Source: an uncultured delta proteobacterium (GTDB taxonomy: Bacteria; Desulfobacterota; RBG-13-43-22). Taken from it: a stretch of DNA of 64,000 nucleotides. The translations under genes were made by a program, and so were the position numbers. Location: contig CAWDKY010000015.1 in NCBI GenBank assembly GCA_963802945.1, positions 224,001 through 288,000 on the forward strand, in the 5' to 3' direction. Of the stretch, positions 40,846 through 50,760 are shown one piece after another; the stretch's first letter is position 1, and every line of letters starts with the position of its first letter. The notes under the pieces were generated by a model. That model was not told the origin of the DNA, made no database searches, and saw only the letters and a list, made by a program, of their open reading frames with translations.

Positions 40846-41988
40846 ATGGCCCAATTAACTCAAAATGCCCCCTTTTTAAGCCTTATCAGAAAGCTCGAAG
40901 AGATCGCCTCCCAAGGCTATTCGGAAATCGCTTCTCATCTTCCTTTAGGTCGAATGCCTATTGGTTATTTCTGCCCATACGTCCCAGAAGAACTCCTTCA
41001 GGCCGGGGGGGCTATCCCCATCCGGCTGATGGACGTGCCGGTTAAAATATCCCACGCCCAGGCCCATCTGCCGGCCTTTTGCTGTCATCTGGTTAAATCC
41101 TCTTTGGAAAGCTACCTTCGAGGGGATTTGGATTTTTTGCAGGGGATCGTTTTCAGCCAGAGCTGCGATTCCATGAAGGGGTTGGCCGATATCTGGGCCC
41201 TTCAAGGACGCCTCTCCTTCCAATTCAACCTGATGGTCCCAACCCGTTTGGATTCTCCTTTAGCCAGGGACTATTTTAAAAAAGAATTGGAAGGCCTTAA
41301 AACGGCCCTGGAAAATAAACTGGGGAAGATTTCCCAGGAAAGCCTGCAAGGGGCCATCCGGCTTTTTAATCGCCTTCGGGGACAATGGCGGACCTTGTAT
41401 GGCAAAATGTGTCTTGAGCCCGTCCGAATTTCCGGAAAGGTTCTGGCCCAGATTGTTCGGGCCGGGTACCTGATGGATCGAGAGCAATATCTGCTGATGC
41501 TGACCCGATTGTTGGAAGTCTGGCCCGAACAGTCTGAGGGTAAATCCCAAGGGGTGCCTCTTTACTTGTCCGGGAACATAGTCCATTCTGGAGATTGGTT
41601 TTCTTTGATCGAAGAGGCTGGGGGCAGGATCGTTTATGATGACCTTTGCAGCGGAGGACGAACCCTGCGCCTGACCGTGCAGGAAGACGGCGACCCTTTA
41701 GACGCCCTGATCGACCGCTATTTTACTGCCTATTTCTGCCCAACGAAACACCAAGGCATCCTGGACCATCAAGAGATTCTTTATCAAGAGATCAAGGATT
41801 CAGGGGCCAAAGGGGTCATTTTCCTTTTCTATAAATACTGTGAACCCTATTATTTCGACTATCCGGATTTGAAAAAATTTCTGGAAGCTAAGGGTTATCC
41901 TACATTGCTATTAGAGATCGAAGATCCTTCCCAGGCCAGGGAACAAATGAAAATCAGGTTGCAGGCTTTTGTGGAAATGCTGACCTGA
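40846..41988 (+). CDS. 2-hydroxyacyl-CoA dehydratase / benzoyl-CoA reductase family subunit
   Basis: GYFCPYVPEEL, SCDSM, DDLCSG, KYCEP and RLQAFVEM motifs. Confidence 0.85.
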   Translation: MAQLTQNAPFLSLIRKLEEIASQGYSEIASHLPLGRMPIGYFCPYVPEELLQAGGAIPIRLMDVPVKISHAQAHLPAFCCHLVKSSLESYLRGDLDFLQGIVFSQSCDSMKGLADIWALQGRLSFQFNLMVPTRLDSPLARDYFKKELEGLKTALENKLGKISQESLQGAIRLFNRLRGQWRTLYGKMCLEPVRISGKVLAQIVRAGYLMDREQYLLMLTRLLEVWPEQSEGKSQGVPLYLSGNIVHSGDWFSLIEEAGGRIVYDDLCSGGRTLRLTVQEDGDPLDALIDRYFTAYFCPTKHQGILDHQEILYQEIKDSGAKGVIFLFYKYCEPYYFDYPDLKKFLEAKGYPTLLLEIEDPSQAREQMKIRLQAFVEMLT

Positions 41989-42033
41989 CAAACATAAGGC
42001 ATGAGGTAAGAGGCATAAGGTACAAGGGAAAGC

Positions 42034-43260
42034 ATGGCAGCAAAAGCAACAGCCCAAAAATCCTACCGGGGAATTGAGTCCGTCAATGCCTATCGTCGTC
42101 TGATGAAAGGCTATTATTTGATGGCCAAGAATCCCAAATGGTTTGGGAAGAAAGTGGCCTGGATCACCAGCGGTGGACCGGTGGAACCCCTCTATGCCAT
42201 GGGAGTCCTTCCTTTTTATCCAGAGAATTACGGAGCTATGTGCGGCGCCGGTAGAATGGCGGTATCTCTGTGTGAAACAGCCGAATCTCAGGGCTATTCC
42301 CGGGACCTCTGCTCTTATGCCCGTTTGGATATAGGAAGCTCTCTGAGCGGTAAAGGCCCTCTCGGTGTTCTGCCCAAACCCGATTTCCTGGTCTGCGGCA
42401 ATAACATTTGCGGGACGGTTATCAAGTGGTATGAAGTCCAGGCCAGAAATTTCCAGGTGCCGCTTTTTTTCATGGACACCCCTTTTATTTATGAAGAACT
42501 TACAGAGCACACCTTAAAATATGTCCGAAGGCAGATGGAAGAATATATCTCCTTCCTCGAAAGGATAATGAAACGTTCTTTTTCAGAAAAACGTTTTCTT
42601 AAAATTTCGGCCAGATCCGTAGAGGCCGTCGGTTTGTGGAAGGAGATCCTGAAACTTTCCCGCATCCACCCAGCTCCATTTGCCGCCTTTGATGCCTTTA
42701 TCCATATGGCCCCTATTGTCACCTTGCGAGGGACCGGCTGGGCCGTCCGGTATTATCGAAAACTGAAAAAAGAACTCGAAGAGAGGGTGAAAAAAGGGCA
42801 AGGGGCCTTTGCCCGGGAAGATATCCGGTTGATCTGGGATAATATCCCCATCTGGTACGACATCCGAAACCTATCCCAACTCCTGGCCAAACACGGGGCT
42901 GTCCTGGTGGCCGATACCTATACCTCTGCCTGGACCTTAAAGCCTTTGGATCTGGATAATCCTTTGGAAAGTCTTTCCCGCACCTATGCCAGTGTTCTCC
43001 TTAATTTGGGGTTTGAACACAAGGTAGCCAACATGGTGGATTTGATGAAACAGTATCAGGCCAATGGATTTATCATGCATTCCAACCGGAGCTGCAAGAC
43101 TTATTCCCTCGGTCAGTACGATCTTAAAAAAAAGGTTTCCGAGCTGACCGGCAAACCGGGCCTGATCATCGAGGCCGATCATACCGATTCCCGCAGCTAT
43201 GCCCCGAGTCAAGTTGAAAAACAGATTGAAGCCTTTGTGGAAATGGCCCGAAAGGGGTAA
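42034..43260 (+). CDS. 2-hydroxyacyl-CoA dehydratase / benzoyl-CoA reductase family subunit
   Basis: YPEN, GYSRDLCSY, NNIC and HSNRSCK motifs. Confidence 0.85.
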   Translation: MAAKATAQKSYRGIESVNAYRRLMKGYYLMAKNPKWFGKKVAWITSGGPVEPLYAMGVLPFYPENYGAMCGAGRMAVSLCETAESQGYSRDLCSYARLDIGSSLSGKGPLGVLPKPDFLVCGNNICGTVIKWYEVQARNFQVPLFFMDTPFIYEELTEHTLKYVRRQMEEYISFLERIMKRSFSEKRFLKISARSVEAVGLWKEILKLSRIHPAPFAAFDAFIHMAPIVTLRGTGWAVRYYRKLKKELEERVKKGQGAFAREDIRLIWDNIPIWYDIRNLSQLLAKHGAVLVADTYTSAWTLKPLDLDNPLESLSRTYASVLLNLGFEHKVANMVDLMKQYQANGFIMHSNRSCKTYSLGQYDLKKKVSELTGKPGLIIEADHTDSRSYAPSQVEKQIEAFVEMARKG

Positions 43261-43292
43261 AATTTTTTGGCTTCCCCAAAAAGGAGAAAAAT

Positions 43293-44075
43293 ATGGTTCG
43301 TTTTACGCGGCTTTTTATTATTCCTCTCGTTTCCATAACATTGACTTTATGGGGATGCTCAGCCTTCACTGCTTCGGTTTCGAGCCGATGTCCTCAGAAA
43401 GAAAAACTACAGCAGGGAATCCAGAAGACTTTTCCGAAATTACAGTTTGAGATCACCAAAATCAGTCCGAGTGAAGTGCCGGGTCTCTGTCAGTTTCAAG
43501 TAAAAATAGGGGCCCAGATGCACCTCCTTTATGCCGATTCACAGGGCGATTTCGTATTGACCGGCGATCTGCATGAATTAAAAACCGGGAGGAACTTGAC
43601 CCAGGAAACCGTTCAATATTTAAACCGGTTGACTCCCGAAGAACTTCTCCAAATAGAACCCCTGACAGCCTTCACTCTGGGCCAGGGGAAAAAGCTGATC
43701 TATCTGGTAACCGACCCTCAATGTCCTTATTGCAAGCGAGCTGAAATCCTTATAAATAAATTGTTGGTTGAAAAAGAGGATCTGCAGGTTCGTTTTTTAT
43801 TTTTCCCATTGGACTCACACCAAGGGGCCAAAGAACAATGTATCTCCATCCTCTGCGACAATAAAGGGATCGAAGGCTTTGACAACGGTTATCAATCGGG
43901 TAACCAATGCCCGGAGGGAATCAAAAAAGTGAATAATACGATAGCCTTCCTCCAGAAGAAAGGGATTGATTCTACCCCGAGTCTTATTTTTATGGATGGG
44001 ATTTATTTGGTTGGGCTGCCTTCTGAAGAGGTGTTACGAAGCAGACTGGGACTGTCAAGGCCCCTTCCCAAATAG
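43293..44075 (+). CDS. DsbC-family thiol:disulfide oxidoreductase (possible lipoprotein)
   Basis: TDPQCPYC, FPL and cis-Pro STP motifs; LWGC lipobox. Confidence 0.85.
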   Translation: MVRFTRLFIIPLVSITLTLWGCSAFTASVSSRCPQKEKLQQGIQKTFPKLQFEITKISPSEVPGLCQFQVKIGAQMHLLYADSQGDFVLTGDLHELKTGRNLTQETVQYLNRLTPEELLQIEPLTAFTLGQGKKLIYLVTDPQCPYCKRAEILINKLLVEKEDLQVRFLFFPLDSHQGAKEQCISILCDNKGIEGFDNGYQSGNQCPEGIKKVNNTIAFLQKKGIDSTPSLIFMDGIYLVGLPSEEVLRSRLGLSRPLPK

Positions 44076-44286
44076 CCCTCATCTTCGAGAAACAATATGG
44101 ATGCATACAAAATGGGTTCAAGGGATCTTAAGTCCCGGGTTTAAGATTCAAGGTTCAAGAAAAAACCATATCCTTTTACCGTCAACTTCCTCCACCCCTT
44201 GAATCCTCGAATCCTATTTTCGTGACAGACTAACACCAACGAACTATCCTCGATTAATTTCCTTTTATAACACACTGGGATCAGAG

Positions 44287-44334
44287 AAAAAAGAAGAGGG
44301 GCAGGTTGAAGAAGTTCGACAAACTGCCCCTCTT
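44287..44334 (-). terminator. Intrinsic terminator
   Basis: AAGAGGGGCAG...CTGCCCCTCTT hairpin with a U-tract on the minus strand. Confidence 0.75.
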
Positions 44335-44361
44335 GATGAAAGATCCAATAAAGACAAGAAT

Positions 44362-44577
44362 TTATTTTTGTGCTGGAGCTGGAGCCGGGGCCGGAGCTGG
44401 GGCTTCAGGAGCCTTTTGCTCTGCACCAGGAGCTGGAGCCGGAGCTGGTTCCGGGGCTTTTTGTTCAGCCGCAGGCGGGGTGGCCGGTGGCGCCTCCTCC
44501 TTTTTCTTGCATCCCAAGGCAAAAGAAAAAACCACGAACAACATTACAACAAGCACCAAGGAAATTATTTTCCGCAT
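44362..44577 (-). CDS. Small Pro/Ala-rich lipoprotein
   Basis: RBS GGAGGTG; ALGC lipobox; AEQKAPE(PA)n repeated twice. Confidence 0.8.
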   Translation of the reverse strand: MRKIISLVLVVMLFVVFSFALGCKKKEEAPPATPPAAEQKAPEPAPAPAPGAEQKAPEAPAPAPAPAPAQK

Positions 44578-44732
44578 ATTGATTCACCTCCTTTGCTTAA
44601 TTTAAAATGCTTAAGTCAGTCGAAGATTAATCAAAAAACTAAAAATCTATCTTTTTTCAAGAGGATAGATAACTTATGTTTTTATATAATGAGAGATAAT
44701 AGGCGATCTAAAAGCCCATGTCAAGATAATTT

Positions 44733-45005
44733 TTACTTAATTACTTCAAGGTCAATAAGCTTCAATTTCCCCTTTTCTCTAATAAATTCCCCCATGATCC
44801 AGTAACCCACTTGCAGGTCGGACAACTCAAAATCTGAGGCATCCAGGACTTGGTCGTTTATGGTAATGGTTCCTCGTTTTTCATTAATCTCGGTTATGCG
44901 TCCTTCAACGGGTTCAGGTTCTTTGGCCCAAACTTCAAGGCACAGGGAAGCCAAAAGCAATATGGAAATGAAAAGATAAAACGAATTTTTCTTTCTGGAA
45001 TTCAT
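44733..45005 (-). CDS. Small exported protein (OB-fold/DUF5666-like)
   Basis: Signal peptide; VEGRITEI..GTITIN..LQVG pattern. Confidence 0.6.
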   Translation of the reverse strand: MNSRKKNSFYLFISILLLASLCLEVWAKEPEPVEGRITEINEKRGTITINDQVLDASDFELSDLQVGYWIMGEFIREKGKLKLIDLEVIK

Positions 45006-45412
45006 TTAGTCGATCCTTTCTTTTTTAGGATCTTTTGTAGAACCCCGGCCATCAAAACAGGCCAGGCAATCGTGGCATCGCACAAAACCTCGGCATAACA
45101 CCCTCCTTCCTCAAGGGAATTAAATTTCCCCCAGGAAGCCCCCTTCGAATAGGTACAACCGCTTAAGCCGTCCCAATGTGCAGGTTCGGGACAGATAAGA
45201 ATTCCACAAGAAAAACGTTTCAAGAGAAGGACTTCTTTTAATTGGTCTTGAAGAATTTCCAAAAAAGACCCGACCTGTTGGGCCCGATTTCTCGGCACCA
45301 CGCCGCCGATAGTAAAAATCCCCAGTTTGGAGGCCTTTAGAATACGTCGTGTATAAGAACCCAGCTCATTGTACGAGTTAAAATTCAAGGCCATTTTGTC
45401 AAGGGTTCCCAC
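45002..45412 (-). pseudogene. C-terminal remnant of a deoxyhypusine synthase-like gene
   Basis: IGGVVPRN, GLSGCTYS..SWGK and DATIAWP motifs; N-terminal part absent; conserved motif residues altered. Confidence 0.75.
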
Positions 45413-45751
45413 CTTTAAGCAAGTACGCTATTTTTCATTAAGAAATGCTCTTTACCTTTAGGTTATGATAAAAACCCAGAAAAGTAAATAATTTCTTAAT
45501 AATTTATAGAAAAAATAAATAATCCCGTGGTTTCACACAATACATGATAATGAAATTTTAATAACCACCAAAGTTTTCCTCCCATTGTATCATAATTGGC
45601 CTGGATTTTCTACCCAAGCCTCATATGAAATCAAATCCTCAAAAAGTAATACCCGTATCCTCTCAATAGTTCCATGAGAGGAATTCAAAGTTTTTGATAT
45701 AAAATGTAAAAACAAAACAAATGCCAACTAAAAATGTCATGAATAAGTAAA

Positions 45752-45945
45752 ACTTAAAGAACATTTTAATAATACTTTATTTAAATTGTTGTTTTATGAA
45801 TTTAGGCTTTATTTCAGGTGGAAAAATTGAATTATTCCTAACTTATTGTTAAATAATATATAATAAAGTACTAAAAAAATAATTGACAAATAATAAAAAT
45901 GGTGATAATAAGCATTACTTAAAAAACGTTTTAATACTACTTTAT
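45752..45945 (+). promoter_or_regulatory. Promoter region with two 29-bp direct repeats (putative operators)
   Basis: 45752-45780 and 45917-45945 are 26/29 identical; TTGACA at 45883. Confidence 0.55.
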
Positions 45946-45959
45946 ATAAACGAGGTCGG

Positions 45960-46496
45960 GTGAATTTAGGAAAACGAATAAAAGAGCTCCGATTGGCCAA
46001 TCAGTTAACCCAAGATGAATTGGCCGCACGATCTGATCTTACCGCTGCTTTTATCTCTCTGTTAGAGAGTAATAAAAGTTCAGTATCCATTGAATATTTA
46101 ACAAAGGTCCTTGCTGTCTTTGGTGAAACTCTAAGCGATTTTTTTTCCACGGAGGATAAAAAACCATTTGTATTTGGTAAAAAAGATAGGGTGGAGATTA
46201 AAGAACAGGGGATTGATAAGTTTGAGCTTCTTAGTCCTCATTCAACAACAATGGCCATGGAGCCATCTAAACTGGTGATTGCGCAGAATCAAAAATTAGG
46301 GCCAATTAAACCTCATAGTGGTGAGGTAGTAGGTTACATATTAAAGGGAAGGCTAGTAATTTTCTTAGGTAAAAGAAAATGGATCGCAAAAGCAGGCTGC
46401 TGCTTTCAGTTTAAAGCAGACCAAGAGCATTCATTCGAAAATAATAGTAAATCTGATGCAGAGCTACTGTTAATTACTTGGCCTCCACAATTCTAA
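45960..46496 (+). CDS. XRE HTH + cupin regulator (PuuR-like architecture)
   Basis: LGKRIKELR..LTQDELA..S HTH; HSGE...H cupin. Confidence 0.88.
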   Translation: MNLGKRIKELRLANQLTQDELAARSDLTAAFISLLESNKSSVSIEYLTKVLAVFGETLSDFFSTEDKKPFVFGKKDRVEIKEQGIDKFELLSPHSTTMAMEPSKLVIAQNQKLGPIKPHSGEVVGYILKGRLVIFLGKRKWIAKAGCCFQFKADQEHSFENNSKSDAELLLITWPPQF

Positions 46497-46551
46497 TAAT
46501 AGTTTTTATGAAAGAAAATTAGTTTGAGGACTACAAAAACAAAAAAGTGAG

Positions 46552-47814
46552 GTGTACCGAAAAATGAAAAACAAAATAATTTCCTTCAAGTCAAGCCTTA
46601 CAAATAACTCTCTTGAGCAGCCGGTCATCAACTTTTCTCAAACAGAACACCTCTTGAAAAAATATCCAACTCCATTTTTAATATTTTCACCAATAAAAGT
46701 AATTAATAGCATTAATACCCTCAGGGAACATCTCCCTGGAGTTAAGATTTTCTATGCAATGAAATCAAATCCCAATAAGGCTCTTTTAAAGATAATAGCA
46801 AATCTTGTTGATGGTATAGACGTAGCTTCATGTGGAGAAATTTCTATTTGTCAAGAAATTGGGGTTTCTGCAGATAATATGATCCATACCAATCCCATAA
46901 AAAAAGAATCCGACATAGAAAGTTCGGTAAAACAAGGAATTAAATGGTTTGTTTTTGACAATAGGGAGGAAATAAAAAAGCTAAAAAGATTAGCGCCAGG
47001 CTCAAATTTGCTTCTTAGGGTAGCCATTACTAACCCACATTGTGTAGTAAACCTATCTTCTAAATTCGGAGCTCATGAGCCTGACATACTTCCCTTACTT
47101 AAAAAAGCCAGATCCGAGGGATTAAAAATACGAGGCATAGCGTTCCATGTTGGATCACAGTGTACTGATCCTATCATCTATTATAATGCAGTGAGATATG
47201 TCCGAAAAATATTTGATGAGGCTATTTCTGAAGGTTTCACTTTCGACACCCTAGATGTTGGAGGAGGTTTCCCTATATCCTACAAAGATGTTCTGCCGAG
47301 CTTATCTCAATATTGTACTGTTTTGAGAAATAGCCTTCGAGAATTTTTCCCTGATGACTTAAATATTATTGCAGAGCCGGGAAGATGTATTTCTGGAAGT
47401 TGTATCACTCTCGTCACTAAAGTCATAGGCCGTACCATACGAAATGGTGCTCCGTGGTATTATATTGATGATGGAGTTTATGGCGCTTTTTCAGGGAAAA
47501 TATTCGATAAGTGTGATTATAGATTAATTTCTAATCGTTCTGGATCGTTAGAAGAATGCGTTGTTGCTGGGCCGAGTTGTGATTCGATTGATATTGTCGC
47601 TCGTGACCAGAAACTCCCCCGACTTGCGGTTGGTGATTTGCTTCTTGTCCCTGGAATGGGGGCCTATACAAGCGCTAGCGCTACCTCTTTTAATGGCTTC
47701 GCACCTCCAAGCACAATTGTTGCCCCCGATGAAGAGCAAATTGTTGAGGAGGATATGAACAGCGAAATGTTAAATAGATACCCGAAGCGATATGCTTCGA
47801 TCCAGATGCAATAG
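46552..47814 (+). CDS. Alanine-racemase-fold (type III PLP) ornithine/lysine decarboxylase
   Basis: FYAMKSNP, SKFGA, FHVGSQ, EPGR, GPSCDSID and GAYT motifs. Confidence 0.9.
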   Translation: MYRKMKNKIISFKSSLTNNSLEQPVINFSQTEHLLKKYPTPFLIFSPIKVINSINTLREHLPGVKIFYAMKSNPNKALLKIIANLVDGIDVASCGEISICQEIGVSADNMIHTNPIKKESDIESSVKQGIKWFVFDNREEIKKLKRLAPGSNLLLRVAITNPHCVVNLSSKFGAHEPDILPLLKKARSEGLKIRGIAFHVGSQCTDPIIYYNAVRYVRKIFDEAISEGFTFDTLDVGGGFPISYKDVLPSLSQYCTVLRNSLREFFPDDLNIIAEPGRCISGSCITLVTKVIGRTIRNGAPWYYIDDGVYGAFSGKIFDKCDYRLISNRSGSLEECVVAGPSCDSIDIVARDQKLPRLAVGDLLLVPGMGAYTSASATSFNGFAPPSTIVAPDEEQIVEEDMNSEMLNRYPKRYASIQMQ

Positions 47815-48078
47815 GTTCCTATTAAGGGCCTCCTATTTGAAACGACATTCTTCCTTCTCTTAAAAGAAATTCATTTCTGGACCCCGATTTTCGACGGGGT
47901 GACGAGTACAGAGAAAATTCCCTTCGTCATTCCGATATGTTGATCTGGTTCGGATAGAGAACTCTTGGCCCTCTATGTGATACCATGTTTAATACGGCTT
48001 ATTCAGGTCAGAAATCATTAATTAGGCATAAGGGATAACTCACTCGGAATTTGTGCTTACGACACGGAGGTTATAAAT

Positions 48079-49593
48079 TTGTCCAACTTTAAAAGAACAT
48101 GTTTCGACGGTAAAATTCTTGTAATGGGTTGTGGTTCGGTTTCACAATGCACCCTCCCTCTTTTCGCGCGCCACTTAGATATGACGTTGGGAAAAATAAC
48201 CATAGTTGATTTTATTGATCAAAGAGAAAAAATTATAGAAATATTAAAGGCAGGGGCCAAGTTTGAGCAGGTCAAAGTCAGCCAAGAGAATATTATTGAT
48301 GTATTAAAGAAACAGGTTGGCCCTGGGGACCTAATTGTGGATTTAGCTTGGAATATAGAAACCCTGACACTACTTAGATGGTGCTATGAGAATGAAGTTA
48401 AGTATATCAATACATCTGTTGAAGAATGGGACCCATCCAAAGATATTGAACGTAAATCCCCTTATGAAAGAAGTTTGTATTTCCGTCAAATGCAGCTCAG
48501 GAAACTAAAAATAGAAATGGAATCGAAAAATAATTCGAGTCCTACCATGATAGTAGATCATGGAGCAAATCCAGGGCTTGTGAGTCATTTTACTAAACGC
48601 GCTCTCTTAGAAATTGGATCTGAAATGTTAAGGCGAAATATTCGCAGTGAATTAAAACTCGACATTAAAGAATTTGAAAGAATTATCGCGGATGCCGATG
48701 GGGGAGAAAAAGGGGCGTTTGCTCGACTTTCTTATGCAACAGGAACCAAAGTGATACATATTTCCGAGCGCGACACACAAATTACTGACAAACCAAAAGA
48801 GGTTGCTGAATTTGTAAATACATGGTCGATCGATGGCTTTTATGAGGAAGGGACTGCACCAGCGGAGCTTGGTTGGGGCACACATGAACGGCGAATGCCA
48901 AAATATGCCTATTCCCCGGACGGTGGGCCTGGAAATCAAATATTTATTGCTCAACCCGGTATAAGAACTTTTGTCCACTCGTGGGTACCATTAGGCGGGA
49001 AATTTATAGGCTGTCTTGTGCGTCATGCAGAGGCATTTACGATTAGTGACTATCTTACGGTATGGGAGGATGCTCCAGGGGAAATAAAGCGGCCCATTTA
49101 TAGGCCGACGGTTCATTATGCCTATATGCCATGCGATAATGCTATCCTCAGTCTCTATGAGCTTGCGATGCATAGTTACCAGCTCCAAAATAGATTGAGG
49201 ATAATGACAGATGAAATCACGGATGGAAGGGATGAGTTAGGCGTGCTCCTGTTGGGCCATGGCCTAAACGGTTGGTGGACCGGCTCGCAGTTAGATATTC
49301 ATGAGGCTCGCAAGCTTGTTCCAGGACAAAATGCGACCACGTTACAAGTGGCTGCCGCCGTACTGAGTGGAGTAATATGGATGATAAATAATCCTAATAA
49401 GGGTCTATTAGTACCCGATGATTTACCTTATCGTGAAATTCTCGAAACAGCTCTCCCTTATCTTGGACCATGCCCGTCTGTACAAACCGATTGGACCCCT
49501 TTAAAAAACAGATCTGTATTATTTGATATGTGGGGGAAACCGCTACCAAAGGAAGAAGATGTCTGGCAATTCAATAGTTTTCTTGTTGATTAG
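48079..49593 (+). CDS. hss: Homospermidine synthase
   Basis: GCGSV, HGANPGLVSHF, HISERDTQ, NTWSIDGFYEEG, YRPTVHYAY and NATTLQV motifs. Confidence 0.9.
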   Translation: MSNFKRTCFDGKILVMGCGSVSQCTLPLFARHLDMTLGKITIVDFIDQREKIIEILKAGAKFEQVKVSQENIIDVLKKQVGPGDLIVDLAWNIETLTLLRWCYENEVKYINTSVEEWDPSKDIERKSPYERSLYFRQMQLRKLKIEMESKNNSSPTMIVDHGANPGLVSHFTKRALLEIGSEMLRRNIRSELKLDIKEFERIIADADGGEKGAFARLSYATGTKVIHISERDTQITDKPKEVAEFVNTWSIDGFYEEGTAPAELGWGTHERRMPKYAYSPDGGPGNQIFIAQPGIRTFVHSWVPLGGKFIGCLVRHAEAFTISDYLTVWEDAPGEIKRPIYRPTVHYAYMPCDNAILSLYELAMHSYQLQNRLRIMTDEITDGRDELGVLLLGHGLNGWWTGSQLDIHEARKLVPGQNATTLQVAAAVLSGVIWMINNPNKGLLVPDDLPYREILETALPYLGPCPSVQTDWTPLKNRSVLFDMWGKPLPKEEDVWQFNSFLVD

Positions 49594-49630
49594 TTTTTGC
49601 TTTAACTTTTTTTAGCAAATCGGGCACCTA

Positions 49631-50374
49631 TTAAAAACAGGATAAAAGTCTTTTTTTCATTTCCCTTGCGCTGAATTCCATTAAAGGTTTGAGCTGAACA
49701 ATATCCATAGTGTTGTATAAAATTAAGCGCCCCAAGGCCGTTTGATCCCCCCATTCATAAGCCTTCCAGAGAAGAACGGCGTCAAACCCATTCAACCCTT
49801 CTACCTGAGGGTCTCGGGGCATTCCCAACTGTTTTTCAATGGACTTTAACCCGCCATGAAGCCCCAGTTTTTTTAAGAGAAAACGCAGATCAATATGAGC
49901 CGGGGGAAGAGAAATATGTCTGAACCACCTCTTAATATAAGGCAGATCAAAACAAGATCCGTTAAAGGTGATGACCAGCGAATAAGAGGCGATGGCCTGT
50001 TCAAAATCGTCTAAATTGCGGCCATTGACAAAGGTTTGTACCTTTCGGCCATCAAAGAGGCCGATGAGCGTGATTTCGTCTAATCCTTGATACCCCCCGC
50101 TGGTTTCTATGTCCAGAAAAACAGCCTCTTCTTTGAAGGACTCAAAGACCCTCCAGAGATCAGACGGAGGAAGACGGTTGGCGAAAAAAAGAAGTTCTTT
50201 TCTGTTTTTAAGGGAAATCTCAAGTTCTCGGCGTATGACGGCATCCCTATCCGAGGAAAGGATTGGATCCTTATGATCCAGGAAGTCTTCCCAAGTCAAA
50301 ATCCCTCGCTTCCAAAGAAGCCGTTCGGTTTTTGTCCCGATCCCGGGAATATGGATAAAAGTATGTTCTAACAA
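49631..50374 (-). CDS. RNase H-like exonuclease (YprB-like)
   Basis: FLDIETSG, TFNGSCFDLPY, GGLKSIE and YNTMD motifs. Confidence 0.85.
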   Translation of the reverse strand: MLEHTFIHIPGIGTKTERLLWKRGILTWEDFLDHKDPILSSDRDAVIRRELEISLKNRKELLFFANRLPPSDLWRVFESFKEEAVFLDIETSGGYQGLDEITLIGLFDGRKVQTFVNGRNLDDFEQAIASYSLVITFNGSCFDLPYIKRWFRHISLPPAHIDLRFLLKKLGLHGGLKSIEKQLGMPRDPQVEGLNGFDAVLLWKAYEWGDQTALGRLILYNTMDIVQLKPLMEFSAREMKKRLLSCF

Positions 50375-50608
50375 GAGGGATACTGCCTATCCATTAGTAC
50401 GAAAATACCGTTCATCGTTTAGAGTTCGTCGTTCAGAGAAACCTATTTTCATATTTCGTGGCTCTCCAGAGAGGCATGAGAGTTTATTAAAACAAGTAAG
50501 TTGAATTTGATAGCTGATAACTCAAAGTGAAAGCTTTTTCTTCCAGCTTTAAGCTATCAACCTTAAGACATTTCAGGTCTGTTGGACTCGTAAAAAGTCA
50601 TCAAATAA

Positions 50609-50760
50609 GACGGCACTATAAAAAGCTCTCCCGCCAAAAGCGGGACTAGGCGTGCATTAAAGGACGCCGCAATAAGCCTGCCCCGGCGAAGAAGGTCGGG
50701 GGAATGGTGCAGCGCAATCCCCGCGAAACGCGGGACTGATGGACTCTTTACGAAGCCGTC
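50609..50760. mobile_element. MITE (family A, inverted copy)
   Basis: TIR GACGGCACTATAAAAAG / CTCTTTACGAAGCCGTC; interior is the reverse-complement homologue of 62161-62314; extra end-like GGACTCGTAAAAAGTC at ~50584. Confidence 0.7.

Noticed and set aside
45413-45750. Small ORFs or att sites at the island edge
   Set aside because: No convincing ORF, integrase, tRNA or flanking direct repeat found by eye
47815-48078. Riboswitch between odc and hss
   Set aside because: Only a degenerate REP-like hairpin is visible and no known aptamer was recognised
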